From an uncultured Alphaproteobacteria bacterium (lineage in GTDB: Bacteria > Pseudomonadota > Alphaproteobacteria > Rhizobiales > Xanthobacteraceae): a stretch of DNA of 64,000 nucleotides. The notes under the pieces are model-generated. The model saw nothing but the letters and a program-made list of their open reading frames with translations, searched no databases and had not been told where the DNA came from. Location of the stretch: assembly GCA_963724735.1 (NCBI GenBank), contig CAVRVX010000015.1:10081-74080 (forward strand), read 5' to 3'. Position 1 is the first letter of the stretch. Each line of letters opens with the position of its first letter. Shown here piece after piece: positions 53,724 to 63,192 of this stretch. The translations under genes were made by a program, and so were the position numbers.

Positions 53724-54795
53724 GCATCGCATCGAGCCGCCATGCGTCGGCCGCGACAAGATGCAAGTAATCGCGCGCCTGCGCCGGCCATTTCTCCGGC
53801 GTTCGCACGTCTTTCTCGAACAGGTGCGCAACGGCAAGTCGCGCGCGCAGCGTCGCCCGGTGGCACCGATAGAAGGCGAACAGTGCGGCCGGAGGCGCAT
53901 CGCGGACGGCCCGCACCAGCCGGCGGCGCAGATACCGCGCGACCCATGCCGCGCCCAGCCGCTCGCATTCCAGCGTCAGGAAGGCGATTTCGTCGAACGG
54001 GTCGTTGGCGCGCAGCTTGTCGTTGAATTCGAGGCAATCGATGATACGCGGCTCGCAGCCGAGCCAGATGTGCTCGGGCCGCAGGTCGCCATGCGCGTCG
54101 ACGATATGGCCGGAGGCGGCGCGCGCGGCGAGCAGCGAGCCGAAGCGTGCGACAAACCGCTCCTGGACGCCATCGATGAAGCTGGCGAGCCCCGCCGGCA
54201 CTTGTGCGCGCGGATCGGACAGACCGCGCCGATTGTCGGCAATGCTCTTCCGCCAGTCGGCGAGATGAGCCGCCCCGGTCATGCGGATGGGCGCCGCGTG
54301 GCGATAGAAGTGCGCAAGCAACGTCACCAGCCGATCGAGGGCGCGCTCGTCGACCCGATGCGCGGCGATCGCGTGGTCCAGCATGCAGCGCTCATCCAAG
54401 CGGCGCATCACGACCAGCCAGTCGACCACAACGCCGCTGCCGGCAAGCGCCAGCCCATGCCGCGCAGCAGTCAGGGGCAGCACGTCGACATAGACATCGC
54501 CGGCGAGGCGCCGGTTCAGCCGGAGCTCCGCGCGGCAGGCGGTCGCGCGGCGCGCCAGCGTCGAAAAGTCGAGATAGGGAAAGCGCACCGGCTTCTTCAG
54601 CTTGTAGACGCGCGGCCCGGCGAGAAAGACCCATGACATGTGCGTTTCGCGCACGACCACGGCGTCGACGCGATGCGGATATGCATCCGGACGGCTGAGG
54701 AAGGCGACCTTTTCCGCCAGGCTCGCGGCCAACGACGGGCAGACGAAATCCCCCCCAGCCTTGGCGAGGGCTCCAGCCGCGCGCCCCAATGTCAT
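53671..54795 (-). CDS. Aminoglycoside-phosphotransferase-like kinase (Rv2004c N-terminal domain) without the AAA domain
   Basis: ETHMSWVFL, YKLKKPV.FPYLDFST, ELRLNRRLA, HGDLRPEH and IDCLEFN. Confidence 0.8.
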   Translation of the reverse strand: MTLGRAAGALAKAGGDFVCPSLAASLAEKVAFLSRPDAYPHRVDAVVVRETHMSWVFLAGPRVYKLKKPVRFPYLDFSTLARRATACRAELRLNRRLAGDVYVDVLPLTAARHGLALAGSGVVVDWLVVMRRLDERCMLDHAIAAHRVDERALDRLVTLLAHFYRHAAPIRMTGAAHLADWRKSIADNRRGLSDPRAQVPAGLASFIDGVQERFVARFGSLLAARAASGHIVDAHGDLRPEHIWLGCEPRIIDCLEFNDKLRANDPFDEIAFLTLECERLGAAWVARYLRRRLVRAVRDAPPAALFAFYRCHRATLRARLAVAHLFEKDVRTPEKWPAQARDYLHLVAADAWRLDAMLRGSAGRRGFALRAIGG

Positions 54796-55016
54796 TCTCG
54801 CTTGAACGAAAGCAGCGCGCCGTCGAGCTGATCGAACGCCGCCTCGTTCAGGCGGTCCATGAATTCCCCCACGCTCGTCGCCCGATCGAGTTCGCGCCGC
54901 TCGAGGTATTTCCAGATGTCGCCGCAGGCCGCCGCGAAAGACTCGGCATCTCCGATTTCGCAAACCTGCCGACAGATCGTTTCGCCTTTCTTGGTCAGGG
55001 TGAGGGTGACCTTCAT
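54792..55016 (-). CDS. Small hypothetical protein (74 aa)
   Basis: ATG at 55016 after GAGG; its stop overlaps the kinase start (ATGA). Confidence 0.65.
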   Translation of the reverse strand: MKVTLTLTKKGETICRQVCEIGDAESFAAACGDIWKYLERRELDRATSVGEFMDRLNEAAFDQLDGALLSFKRE

Positions 55017-55114
55017 GCCCAAGCCTCGCGGGTCGCGGGGGAACAGACGAACCGCGCGCGACAAGCCCCGCTCGCCTCCCCCGGGCGCGAGCGGAGCCGA
55101 ATAGCCTAGCGGGC

Positions 55115-55657
55115 CTATTTCGCGTCGATGGCGATCTTCTTTTCCGGCTTCTGCGCCTCGGTCCCTTTGGGGAGCCTGATCGTCAGCACGCCCTTCTCGA
55201 AGCTTGCTTGAATCTTGTCCTCGTCGATCCCTTCCGGCAATTCGAACGAGCGCTGGAACGAGCCGAACCGCCGCTCGGAAATATAATAGTCCTTTTCCTT
55301 CTCCTCTTTCTCTTCCTTCTTCTCACCCTTGATCGTGAGCATGCCGTTGGCAAGCTTCACGTCGATATTGCTGGAGTCCATGCCCGGCAATTCCGCGGTG
55401 ATCTCGAATTCCTTGTCGCGCTCGCAGACGTCCACCGCCGGCGCCTTTCCCCAACCTTCCGGGAGCGGCCACGACGGCCGGAAGTCCAGCAACGACCGAC
55501 CGAATGGGCGGCCCAGGCCGAACCCGCGGCCGAAATCCTCGAACATCCGATCGACCTGGCGGCGGAGCGATTCGAACGGCTCCCATTCCACCGGCGCTCT
55601 GCGTTCCGGCGCCTGATCCTCTTTTTTCACTGCGATGTTGCCCTTTGCTTCAGCCAT
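55115..55657 (-). CDS. Hsp20/alpha-crystallin family protein
   Basis: PAVDV, AELPGM, ERRFGSFQRSF and GVLTIRLPK; GGAGAA RBS. Confidence 0.93.
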   Translation of the reverse strand: MAEAKGNIAVKKEDQAPERRAPVEWEPFESLRRQVDRMFEDFGRGFGLGRPFGRSLLDFRPSWPLPEGWGKAPAVDVCERDKEFEITAELPGMDSSNIDVKLANGMLTIKGEKKEEKEEKEKDYYISERRFGSFQRSFELPEGIDEDKIQASFEKGVLTIRLPKGTEAQKPEKKIAIDAK

Positions 55658-55731
55658 AGCACTTCTCCTATTCGCCTCCCCCGCCGCTTGTTTGATATTT
55701 TCTTACGTAAGACCGGTGTGACCGCCGACCT

Positions 55732-55745
55732 TTGAGAACGATCAA
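55732..55745 (-). promoter_or_regulatory. FixK/FNR box upstream of hsp20
   Basis: Minus strand TTGAT-cgtt-CTCAA, 75 bp upstream of the ATG. Confidence 0.7.
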
Positions 55746-55807
55746 AAACACGCCGCGCTGAAAATGGTTCCTCCAAGAAAGAGCGCTGCAAGCGCTCGCA
55801 AGCCGCG

Positions 55808-57238
55808 TCATCCCTTAATGCAAATCACCGGCCTGACCCGCGCCACGCGGCGGGCAAGGCCGGCCTGTTCAGCCGCCTCGCAAACTGCCCCCACGTCCTT
55901 GTAGGCCCCCGGCGCCTCTTCGGCGACCCCGCGGCTCGATGGACTGCGGATCAGGATGCCCTCCCGCGCGAGATCATCGACGACCTTGCGTCCGCTCCAT
56001 CGCTTCAGCGCCGCGTGCCGCGACATGGCCCGCCCGGCTCCATGGCAGGCGGAGGAAAACGCCTTCTCCTCGCCGGTCGCGGTTCCCACCAGCACATAGG
56101 AGGCGGTGCCCATGCTGCCGCCGATCAGGACCGGCTGGCCGATCGAACGAAGCGGCACGGGCAGACTGGGGTGGCCGGGACCGAAGGCGCGGGTGGCCCC
56201 TTTCCGATGGACGAACACATCCCGCCTGCGACCGTCGATCTCGTGGACTTCCTCCTTGCAGGTGTTGTGCGAGACGTCGAACAGGAGATCGAGCGGCGCC
56301 TGCGGAAAGAAGCGCCGCACCGCCTGGCGAGCGAAGTGGCCAAGAATCTCGCGGTTGGCCAGCGCACAATTGATGGCCGCGCGCATGGCCCCGAGATAAC
56401 GCTCGCCGAGTTCCGACCGGATCGGCGCGCAGGCGAGATCGCGGTCGGGCAGTTCGATGCCGAGTCCGGCCGCCGCGACGGCCATCTCCTTGAGGTATTC
56501 GCTGCCGATCTGATGGCCCAGGCCGCGCGACCCGCAGTGGATCGTCACCAGCACGTCATCTGTCGCAAGCCCGAAGGCATCGGCTGCCGCGGCGTCGAAG
56601 ATCTCAGCCACCACCTGCACTTCGAGATAGTGATTGCCGGAGCCGAGCGTGCCCATTTCGCGGTGCTGCCGGTGCTTGGCCTTGCTCGAGACGCACTCGG
56701 GACGGGCGCCGGCCGTCGTGCCGCCCTCCTCGATGCGGGCGAGGTCGGCCGCCTCGCCCAATCCGCGCTCGATAGCCCAGGCGGCGCCGCCCGCCAGCAT
56801 GTGATCCATTTCGATTGGATCGAGGCTGATCGCGCCCTCGCTGCCGACGCCAGCCGGAATGTCGCGAAAGAGCTGGTCTGCCAAAGCCTTCTGCACGGGC
56901 GCAAGCTCGCGCGCGGTGAGCCCCGTGAGCATCGTCCGCACGCCGCAGGATATGTCGAAGCCAACCCCGCCCGCTGAAACCACGCCCCCGGCGGCGGGGT
57001 CGAAGGCGGCGACGCCGCCGATGGGGAAGCCATAGCCCCAATGGGCGTCCGGCATGGCATAGGAGGCCTTCACGATGCCGGGCAGCCGGGCGACATTGGC
57101 GGCCTGTTCGTAGACCTTGTCGTCCATATCGCGGATGAGCGCCTCATCCGCAAAAATAATGGCCGGCACGTACATGCCGGCCACCGGCTCGATTCGCCAT
57201 GCGGTTTCGTCAATCCGTGTGAGCCGCGCCGGATCCAT
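55808..57238 (-). CDS. rtcB: RtcB family RNA ligase (long form)
   Basis: PDAHWGYGFPIGG, GFDISCG, GTLGSGNHY, HCGSRG, HN, HRKGATRA, GSMG and HGAGR. Confidence 0.93.
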   Translation of the reverse strand: MDPARLTRIDETAWRIEPVAGMYVPAIIFADEALIRDMDDKVYEQAANVARLPGIVKASYAMPDAHWGYGFPIGGVAAFDPAAGGVVSAGGVGFDISCGVRTMLTGLTARELAPVQKALADQLFRDIPAGVGSEGAISLDPIEMDHMLAGGAAWAIERGLGEAADLARIEEGGTTAGARPECVSSKAKHRQHREMGTLGSGNHYLEVQVVAEIFDAAAADAFGLATDDVLVTIHCGSRGLGHQIGSEYLKEMAVAAAGLGIELPDRDLACAPIRSELGERYLGAMRAAINCALANREILGHFARQAVRRFFPQAPLDLLFDVSHNTCKEEVHEIDGRRRDVFVHRKGATRAFGPGHPSLPVPLRSIGQPVLIGGSMGTASYVLVGTATGEEKAFSSACHGAGRAMSRHAALKRWSGRKVVDDLAREGILIRSPSSRGVAEEAPGAYKDVGAVCEAAEQAGLARRVARVRPVICIKG

Positions 57239-57244
57239 GGCCCG

Positions 57245-57712
57245 TTAAACGTCGACGATGCATCCGGCCGACCACATCCCCGTCGAGTCGCGCGCCACCC
57301 GGAGCTCAGTCAGCGTCGCCGCCTTCGGCTCGCAGGCTGGAGCGTGGCGCGGCTGGACGCTTTCGCCCCAAGCCGTCCCGTAAAGTCGCCGCCCCCTGAT
57401 GGAGACGGAGAAACGGCCGAACAGCATGCGGCGCGCGGCCATCTCGTAAATGATCGCATCGAGCCATTCGACGAGCAGCAACTCGTCGTCAGGCGCCTCG
57501 CAGACCACCGTGACCGCGATTTTCGGGGTGACAGGCACGTCCGTCACGACCGCCGCCAGCGCGAGCGCCGCCTGCTCGAAAGCCTCTTCGAGGCTCAGTC
57601 CATAGCCTCGCACGCCGATATCGGCGCCATGCGCGAAGTGCTCCCACCCCACCCCGCTGACGCCGTTCTTGCGCACAAGGTCTTCAGTTCGAACGCTTGC
57701 CGGGCTTTCCAT
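57245..57712 (-). CDS. Archease (RtcB activator)
   Basis: WEHFAHGADIG, EAFEQAA, LLVEWLDAIIY, KAATL and C-terminal IVDV; immediately upstream of rtcB. Confidence 0.85.
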   Translation of the reverse strand: MESPASVRTEDLVRKNGVSGVGWEHFAHGADIGVRGYGLSLEEAFEQAALALAAVVTDVPVTPKIAVTVVCEAPDDELLLVEWLDAIIYEMAARRMLFGRFSVSIRGRRLYGTAWGESVQPRHAPACEPKAATLTELRVARDSTGMWSAGCIVDV

Positions 57713-57830
57713 TGTCGTTCTCCATCACCACAATGGCCCTACGCCGAGAGGCCTCTTCGCCCGGCGCGGCCCCGTCATTCGCGCAGTTCGCCGCAAGCCC
57801 ATTCGCCTGAGTTTGCGGAACTCGTTCGCC

Positions 57831-58298
57831 TCAGGAGGAGGCCGCCCGATCGATGCCCTGCGACAATCCTGAAACGACTGGTTTCGCGGTGTTGGCCATC
57901 ATCTTCTGAGTGAACGCCCAGAAATCCTTCCATTGCGCAGCGAATGCCCCGAACTGTCTGCGCGCAAACCCCGTCGACAGACCAACCATGTCGGACGGCG
58001 ATCTCGCCGCCGCCAATTCGCCCGTAAAGTCGAGAATGGCCGACACATTCGTCTGACAGGTCTCGAGGATTTTGCTGTGCAGCCCCGCCGTATCCTTGAC
58101 CGCTACGAAATAGCTCTTCTCCATGGCATCCATGATGGCGTCGACATTGGTGCTCATCCTGCCAAAGCCATCCCGGATCTGCGCGAAACCAGACGCCGCC
58201 GCCAGTTTCACCCCATCGGGGATATCGATGTGCGGGGATCGGCCCGCTGAAAAAGCTGCCTCAGAATCGATTCGCTGTCCTTCCACGAACACCTCCAT
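57831..58298 (-). CDS. Phasin family protein
   Basis: Helical Ala-rich protein with IP..V...A, N....DF...LA.A.SPS and RRQF..F..Q, as in rhizobial phasins. Confidence 0.65.
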   Translation of the reverse strand: MEVFVEGQRIDSEAAFSAGRSPHIDIPDGVKLAAASGFAQIRDGFGRMSTNVDAIMDAMEKSYFVAVKDTAGLHSKILETCQTNVSAILDFTGELAAARSPSDMVGLSTGFARRQFGAFAAQWKDFWAFTQKMMANTAKPVVSGLSQGIDRAASS

Positions 58299-58329
58299 GC
58301 GCCTGCGCGCCTGTGGGGTGGCGCTACTC

Positions 58330-59020
58330 TCAAGCGTGCAGCCGTTTCAGAGCTTTGCGATTGACCAATACTATACGCCGGCAAGTTGGCACTGAGATGG
58401 CAGCTGACGTCTCGAGCTGCGTCAACGTGCGCGAAATCGTTTCAATGGTGAGGCCGAGATAGTCGGCGATGTCCTGCCGCGACATAGGCAGGTCGATGAC
58501 ATCGGCCTCGGCCATCCGCTCGGCCATTTCAAGGAGGAAACAGGCCACCCGTTCTTGCGCGCTGCGAATCAAGAGGAGCATGTGCTCCTGCACACGGCGC
58601 AATTCCTGGGCGGTCAGCGTCCACAACAGGTGCGCAACCTTGTGGTCGGTATCGGCGAGCGTAATCAGCGCGTTGCGCTTGATCACCAGCATCGTCGACT
58701 TGCCGATGGCTTCCGCCGAGCAGTTGTGAACGTCGCCGACGCCAAGGCCGAAGACCGCGCCGGGCAAATAGAAGGCGCTGATCTGACGCCGGCCGTCGTT
58801 CAGAACCTTGTAAGTGCGGGCGGCTCCCGATACGACCTGATAGACGTAATCGGCCGGCTCCCCCTCACCGAAGATTTCCTCGTTGCGGGCGTAGGAAACC
58901 GGCACGCCCATCGATTTCGAGCGACGGCACGCTCGTCCGGTTTGCGTCCGAAGCGGTCCATCGGCGCAAGGGATTGACCGGACGGCTCAGGCTGATGGTT
59001 TGTGAATTTTGCATCAGCAT
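58330..59020 (-). CDS. fixK: Crp/Fnr regulator FixK, with an apparent +1 frameshift at 58915-58917
   Basis: EIFGEGEPADY, DGRRQI.AFYLPG and LPMSRQDIADYLGLTIETISR, with no Fe-S Cys cluster. The ATG at 59020 is 109 nt upstream of the in-frame ATG at 58911; deleting one A joins them. Confidence 0.85.
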
Positions 59021-59128
59021 GGCTTAGGCTCCGCCACAAGGACCAATCATAAAGACAAGTTATGGACGCCGAGCCGCTGCGAAAACTCGTGTCGTGTCCC
59101 TAAGTAAACCCCCGGAGGAGGAAACGTC

Positions 59129-60679
59129 TTGGCGGACAAGTCAAAGGCGCCTTCGATATCAGAAATCGAGCTCCCTTCGCGGACGAGCGTTGCCCGGCTG
59201 CCAAGCCTCGCAACGACCCCGCAGCGGGCTGTCTGGTATGTCGGCGCTGCCGTGCTCGCGGGCGCCGCATTTGTCGTCCATGTGCTCGTGTCCTCGCTCA
59301 CCATCCCGGAAGCCGACCTGCTCTTCATGGTTCCCGCCATCCTGGTGGCGGGCGCGCTGGGCGGGCTCGGGCCGGGACTTCTGGCGACGACCCTCTGCGT
59401 CGGCCTGCACCTGCTGTCGCCCGGCGGCTCCTTGGCCTTATCCAGCGCCAATCTCCTCACGGTAGGGGGGTTCACCGTCATCGGGGTCGGGATGGCCCTG
59501 TTCGGCGAACGGCTGCGCCTCGCCCGTCTGCAGGCCGCGACGCGAACGAACGACCTGCTGGCGCGGGAGGCCTATCTACAATCGCTGCTCGCCTCGGTTC
59601 CCGACGCCGTCATCATTATCGATGCGCATGGCATCATCCGTTCCTTCAGCAGCGCTGCGGAGCGGCTGTTCGGCTATTCCGCAAGCGAGGCAATCGGCCA
59701 GAACGTGCGGATGCTGATGCCGGTGCCCGACCGAACGGCGCACGACGGCTATATCCGCCGTTATCTGCAGACCGGGGAGCCGCGCATTATCGGGATCGGA
59801 CGCGTCGTGGTGGGCGAACGCAAGGACGGCTCGACCTTTCCGATCGCGCTGTCGGTCGCCGAAATGAAATCCGACGGCCGCCGACTGTTCACCGGCTATA
59901 TCCGCGACCTGACCGAACGGCAGGAGACCCAGGCACGTCTCGAGCAACTGCAATCCGAAGTCGTCCATATTTCGCGTCTGACCGCCATGGGCGAGATGGC
60001 CTCGGCGCTTGCCCACGAACTCAATCAGCCGCTTTCGGCGATCGCCAATTACCTGACCGGATCGCGGCGACTGCTGGCCGATCCCTCCGAGGAGAATCTC
60101 CAACTCGTGCGCGCGGCGATTGACACAGCGGTGGAGCAGTCGCTGCGCGCGGGCCAGATCATCGGCCGATTGCGCGACTTTGTGGCCCATCGCGAGCCCG
60201 AAAAACGGATCGAGAGCTTGAGGAAGCTGATCGAGGAGGCGAGCGCGCTCGCGCTCGTCGGCGCAAAAGTGCTCGGAATTCGCGTGCGGCTGCGCTTCGA
60301 CCCGGCGATCGACCGGGTCATCGTCGACAAGGTGCAAATCCAACAAGTCTTGCTCAATCTGATGCGCAATGCGATCGAGGCGATGGAAAACGCCGACAGG
60401 CGCGAGCTGACCGTCAGCACGGCGACCGGTCCGGACGGCGCCGCCCTGGTCGAGGTCGCCGACACCGGCTGCGGGATTTCGCGAGAAATAGCCAACCAGC
60501 TGTTTGTGCCCTTCGCCACAACCAAGCCACACGGAATGGGCGTCGGGCTTTCGATATCGAGGGCGATCATCGAGAGCCATGAAGGGCGCATCTGGGCGGA
60601 AGCCAACCCTGGCGGGGGCACGGCGTTTCGGTTTACATTGCAAGCGCTGGTGGACGAGGAGCTTGGCGATGTCGGCTGA
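59129..60679 (+). CDS. fixL: Membrane-anchored heme-PAS oxygen sensor kinase FixL
   Basis: TM domain; PAS with HDGYIRRY and [14 protein letters not shown]; AHELNQP H-box; GMGVGL. Confidence 0.9.
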   Translation: MADKSKAPSISEIELPSRTSVARLPSLATTPQRAVWYVGAAVLAGAAFVVHVLVSSLTIPEADLLFMVPAILVAGALGGLGPGLLATTLCVGLHLLSPGGSLALSSANLLTVGGFTVIGVGMALFGERLRLARLQAATRTNDLLAREAYLQSLLASVPDAVIIIDAHGIIRSFSSAAERLFGYSASEAIGQNVRMLMPVPDRTAHDGYIRRYLQTGEPRIIGIGRVVVGERKDGSTFPIALSVAEMKSDGRRLFTGYIRDLTERQETQARLEQLQSEVVHISRLTAMGEMASALAHELNQPLSAIANYLTGSRRLLADPSEENLQLVRAAIDTAVEQSLRAGQIIGRLRDFVAHREPEKRIESLRKLIEEASALALVGAKVLGIRVRLRFDPAIDRVIVDKVQIQQVLLNLMRNAIEAMENADRRELTVSTATGPDGAALVEVADTGCGISREIANQLFVPFATTKPHGMGVGLSISRAIIESHEGRIWAEANPGGGTAFRFTLQALVDEELGDVG

Positions 60680-61313
60680 CCCTGTCGTTCATGTCATTGA
60701 CGACGATGAAGCGGTCCGGCGGTCGCTCGACTTCCTGCTGCGGAGCGCGCGGTTCAAGACACGCACCTACGAGAACGCGCTCGCCTTCCTTAACGCGCTG
60801 CCCGACATCCCTTCCGGCTGCATCGTGACCGACGTAAAAATGCCGGAGATGAGCGGGGTCGAGCTGTTGCGTCACTTGCGCCAGAAGAAGCTGCGCCTGC
60901 CGGTCATCCTCATCACCGGGCATGCCGACGTCCCGATGGCCGTTGAGGCGATGAAGAACGGCGCTGTCGATTTCCTCGAAAAGCCCTTCGACGACGAGGT
61001 GCTGCTCAACGCCGTGCGCTCGGCGCTCGCCGCACTCGAGAACGCCTCGCAGCGCGACCTCGAGCGCGTCGAGTTGCAGCAACGCTTCGCCAGCCTCTCC
61101 CGACGCGAACGCGAAGTGCTGGAAGGGCTGGTCGCAGGGAAACCGAACAAGACCATTGCGTTCGATCTCGGCATCAGCCCGCGCACGGTCGAGATTTACC
61201 GCGCCAATGTCATGACCAAGATGCGCGCGGTCAGTCTTTCCGAGTTGGTGCGAATGACCCTGATCGCAGGCTTCCCATCCGATCAGGAGTTGGCGCGACG
61301 CTCGCTCGGCTAG
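60669..61313 (+). CDS. fixJ: Response regulator FixJ
   Basis: [32 protein letters not shown] and Lux[21 protein letters not shown]. Confidence 0.93.
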   Translation: MSADPVVHVIDDDEAVRRSLDFLLRSARFKTRTYENALAFLNALPDIPSGCIVTDVKMPEMSGVELLRHLRQKKLRLPVILITGHADVPMAVEAMKNGAVDFLEKPFDDEVLLNAVRSALAALENASQRDLERVELQQRFASLSRREREVLEGLVAGKPNKTIAFDLGISPRTVEIYRANVMTKMRAVSLSELVRMTLIAGFPSDQELARRSLG

Positions 61314-61330
61314 GGGTGCGGCGCATCTTT

Positions 61331-61344
61331 TTGAGCAGCGTCAA
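61331..61344. promoter_or_regulatory. FixK/FNR-like box downstream of fixJ with no intact target gene
   Basis: TTGAG-CAGC-GTCAA. Confidence 0.45.
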
Positions 61345-61400
61345 AGCTTTTCTGCAGGCTTGGCGTTTCCTCCCCTTAACAGCTTGGCGTACGACCGCAG

Positions 61401-61631
61401 GTGCGACGCGAGACGACGATCGGATGCTCGTCCGCGCGCAGTCGGCGGGTCGCGCTTGTCCAGGCCCGACCCACGGCCATATCCGCGACTCTGATTAGAG
61501 CTGAAGCGCGCGGTGTATTGACGCCGATCCGGCTCCATCCCTCCGACAACGGCAGAGTGTTTTATCGGCGCGACCAGGTCGGCGGCGTAGCGGGAGGCGG
61601 CGATGTCGCCCCAGGCGGGAGGGCGACATGA
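61401..61631 (+). pseudogene. Degenerate MerR/excisionase-like HTH
   Basis: SATLIRAEARGVLTPIRL...GRVFYRRDQV resembles the Xis-type wing. The N terminus is disrupted and the stop overlaps the next ATG. Confidence 0.4.
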
Positions 61632-62649
61632 AAATTTGGGTCAAGCTCAATAAGAATTTTGCCAACTTTCCCCTCGCGCGCGATCCTCGGCGGGGACAGG
61701 CCGGCGAGTGGCGGAGAGGACACAAGCGCGAAGACGGCTGCTTGAAACAGTGGTGGTGGAGGACTTTGCCGGGCGAGCGGAAAATCGTATTGCGCTTGCC
61801 TCACTCCTTCGAGGGGAAGCGGCGCTGTCCAACCGCGTTCGACATGAACGTGCTGTTCCTCGTCCTAAGCAAGGCGCAAGCAACCAATTCGAACAAGGTC
61901 GAGTTCGCCTCGCATGCCGCAATGCTGGCCGCGCTCGGGGTTGGCCGACGCCAGAGCCGCAACCGCCAGCGACTCACCGAGTCGCTGCAGCTCTGGAACG
62001 CTTGTCCCTCATATTTCGCGAGTGCTGGTACCGGCCCAAGCAGCACCCCACGCTGTACTGCGGGCAAGTCACACCCGGCCGTCCTGCCGAGAAGGGCCAA
62101 TCGATCGGCTTGCCGCCGCCGTTCAAAGAATGCGACATTTCGCCTTCGGGCAAGATCTCCATCACGCTGAGCAAAGCCTGGTTCCCTCACCTGGGCGGCG
62201 ACGCCGGCTTTATCTGCCGCCTCAACCTGCCGCTGCCGGCCAGCGCAGCCGCGCAGAATGTCGCGCTGTGCGAAAGCGCATGGTCGAATGACGGCGTGGG
62301 GAAAATCCGAGGCAGTGAGCCGAAGCTGAAGAACAACGCGGCGAACTACGCGCGCAAAATCGGCACACGCCGATCGCGGCTCCCTGCCGCGATTGCTGCG
62401 GCCTGCGCATATTTCAAAGAACAGGGTGAAAAGGCCGTGCCGTTTTGGATCGGCCGCAGCCGCAGCGAATTTGTGATTTTGCGAACGAAGGCCAAAAAAT
62501 CCGAACTCGCCGGGCAATCGGAGCTGGACGAGCCGAAGCCCAGGCCCAGGCCGCCATTGAAGCCGAGGCCCGTCTCGAACCGGCCGGTGTTCGAGGAGGA
62601 CTGCTCGGCCGAGGCGGAGGGGGGCGAAATCGATCTTGACTACCCATGA
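61628..62649 (+). pseudogene. Putative replication initiator (Rep/TrfA-like winged helix) with a -1 frameshift at about 61996
   Basis: PTAFDMNVLFLVL...FASHAAMLAALG...NRQRL..SL.LW joins ERLSLIFRECWY in the next frame, giving about 340 aa. An iteron-like array follows directly. Confidence 0.5.
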
Positions 62650-62668
62650 TTTTGACACGTCAGGCGCG

Positions 62669-62824
62669 CCTCTCGGCTCCGCAAACGGTTGGGTACCTCT
62701 CGGCTCCGGCAGTGAGGTACCTTTCGGCAAATAGTGAGGTACCTCTTGGCTCGGCGGTGAGGTACCTTTCGGCTCGACGGTGAGGTACCTTTCGGCTCCG
62801 CATGAGGTACCTTTCGGCTCCGCA
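62669..62824. repeat. Iteron-like array: six 22-23 bp direct repeats plus one partial copy
   Basis: Units start at 62690, 62713, 62735, 62758, 62781 and 62803; consensus TGAGGTACCTTTCGGCTC(n)4-5. An AT-richer stretch follows. Confidence 0.85.
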
Positions 62825-63070
62825 ATCCACTCCAAGTTTGCTATAACATATTGTGGTTGCTCAAGAATTCGCGGCGACCGGATTTGCCTACGATAGATAT
62901 ACGAGAGATTGTACGAGAGAAAGGCTTACGAACGAAAAAACGAAAGAATGGAAAAATCGAGCGCCGCCGGCTTCGCTCCCTTGGAGCCCAAGGAAAGGAT
63001 CACTCTAACGAAGAACCACTCCAACACAAGAACCCACCCCAACAAAAAAGGGGACATGCCCCCTTGAAAT

Positions 63071-63150
63071 GAGAGAGAGAGAGAGAGAGAGCGAGGAGTT
63101 CGCAGCGGCTTCACTCCCTCGCTCCGCTCCGCTCCGCTTCGCTCCGCTCG
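63071..63150. repeat. Simple repeats (GA)10 and (GCTCC)6-like
   Basis: gagagagagagagagagaga at 63071-63090; gctcc gctcc gctcc gcttc gctcc gctcg at 63121-63150. Confidence 0.9.
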
Positions 63151-63192
63151 TTTGTGTCTCGCTTTTTTCCTTCATCTCCGAGAGAGGAATTA

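Noticed and set aside
62669-62824. Repeat array as a CRISPR
   Set aside because: The variable part is only 4-5 bp, so there are no spacers, and no cas genes are present.
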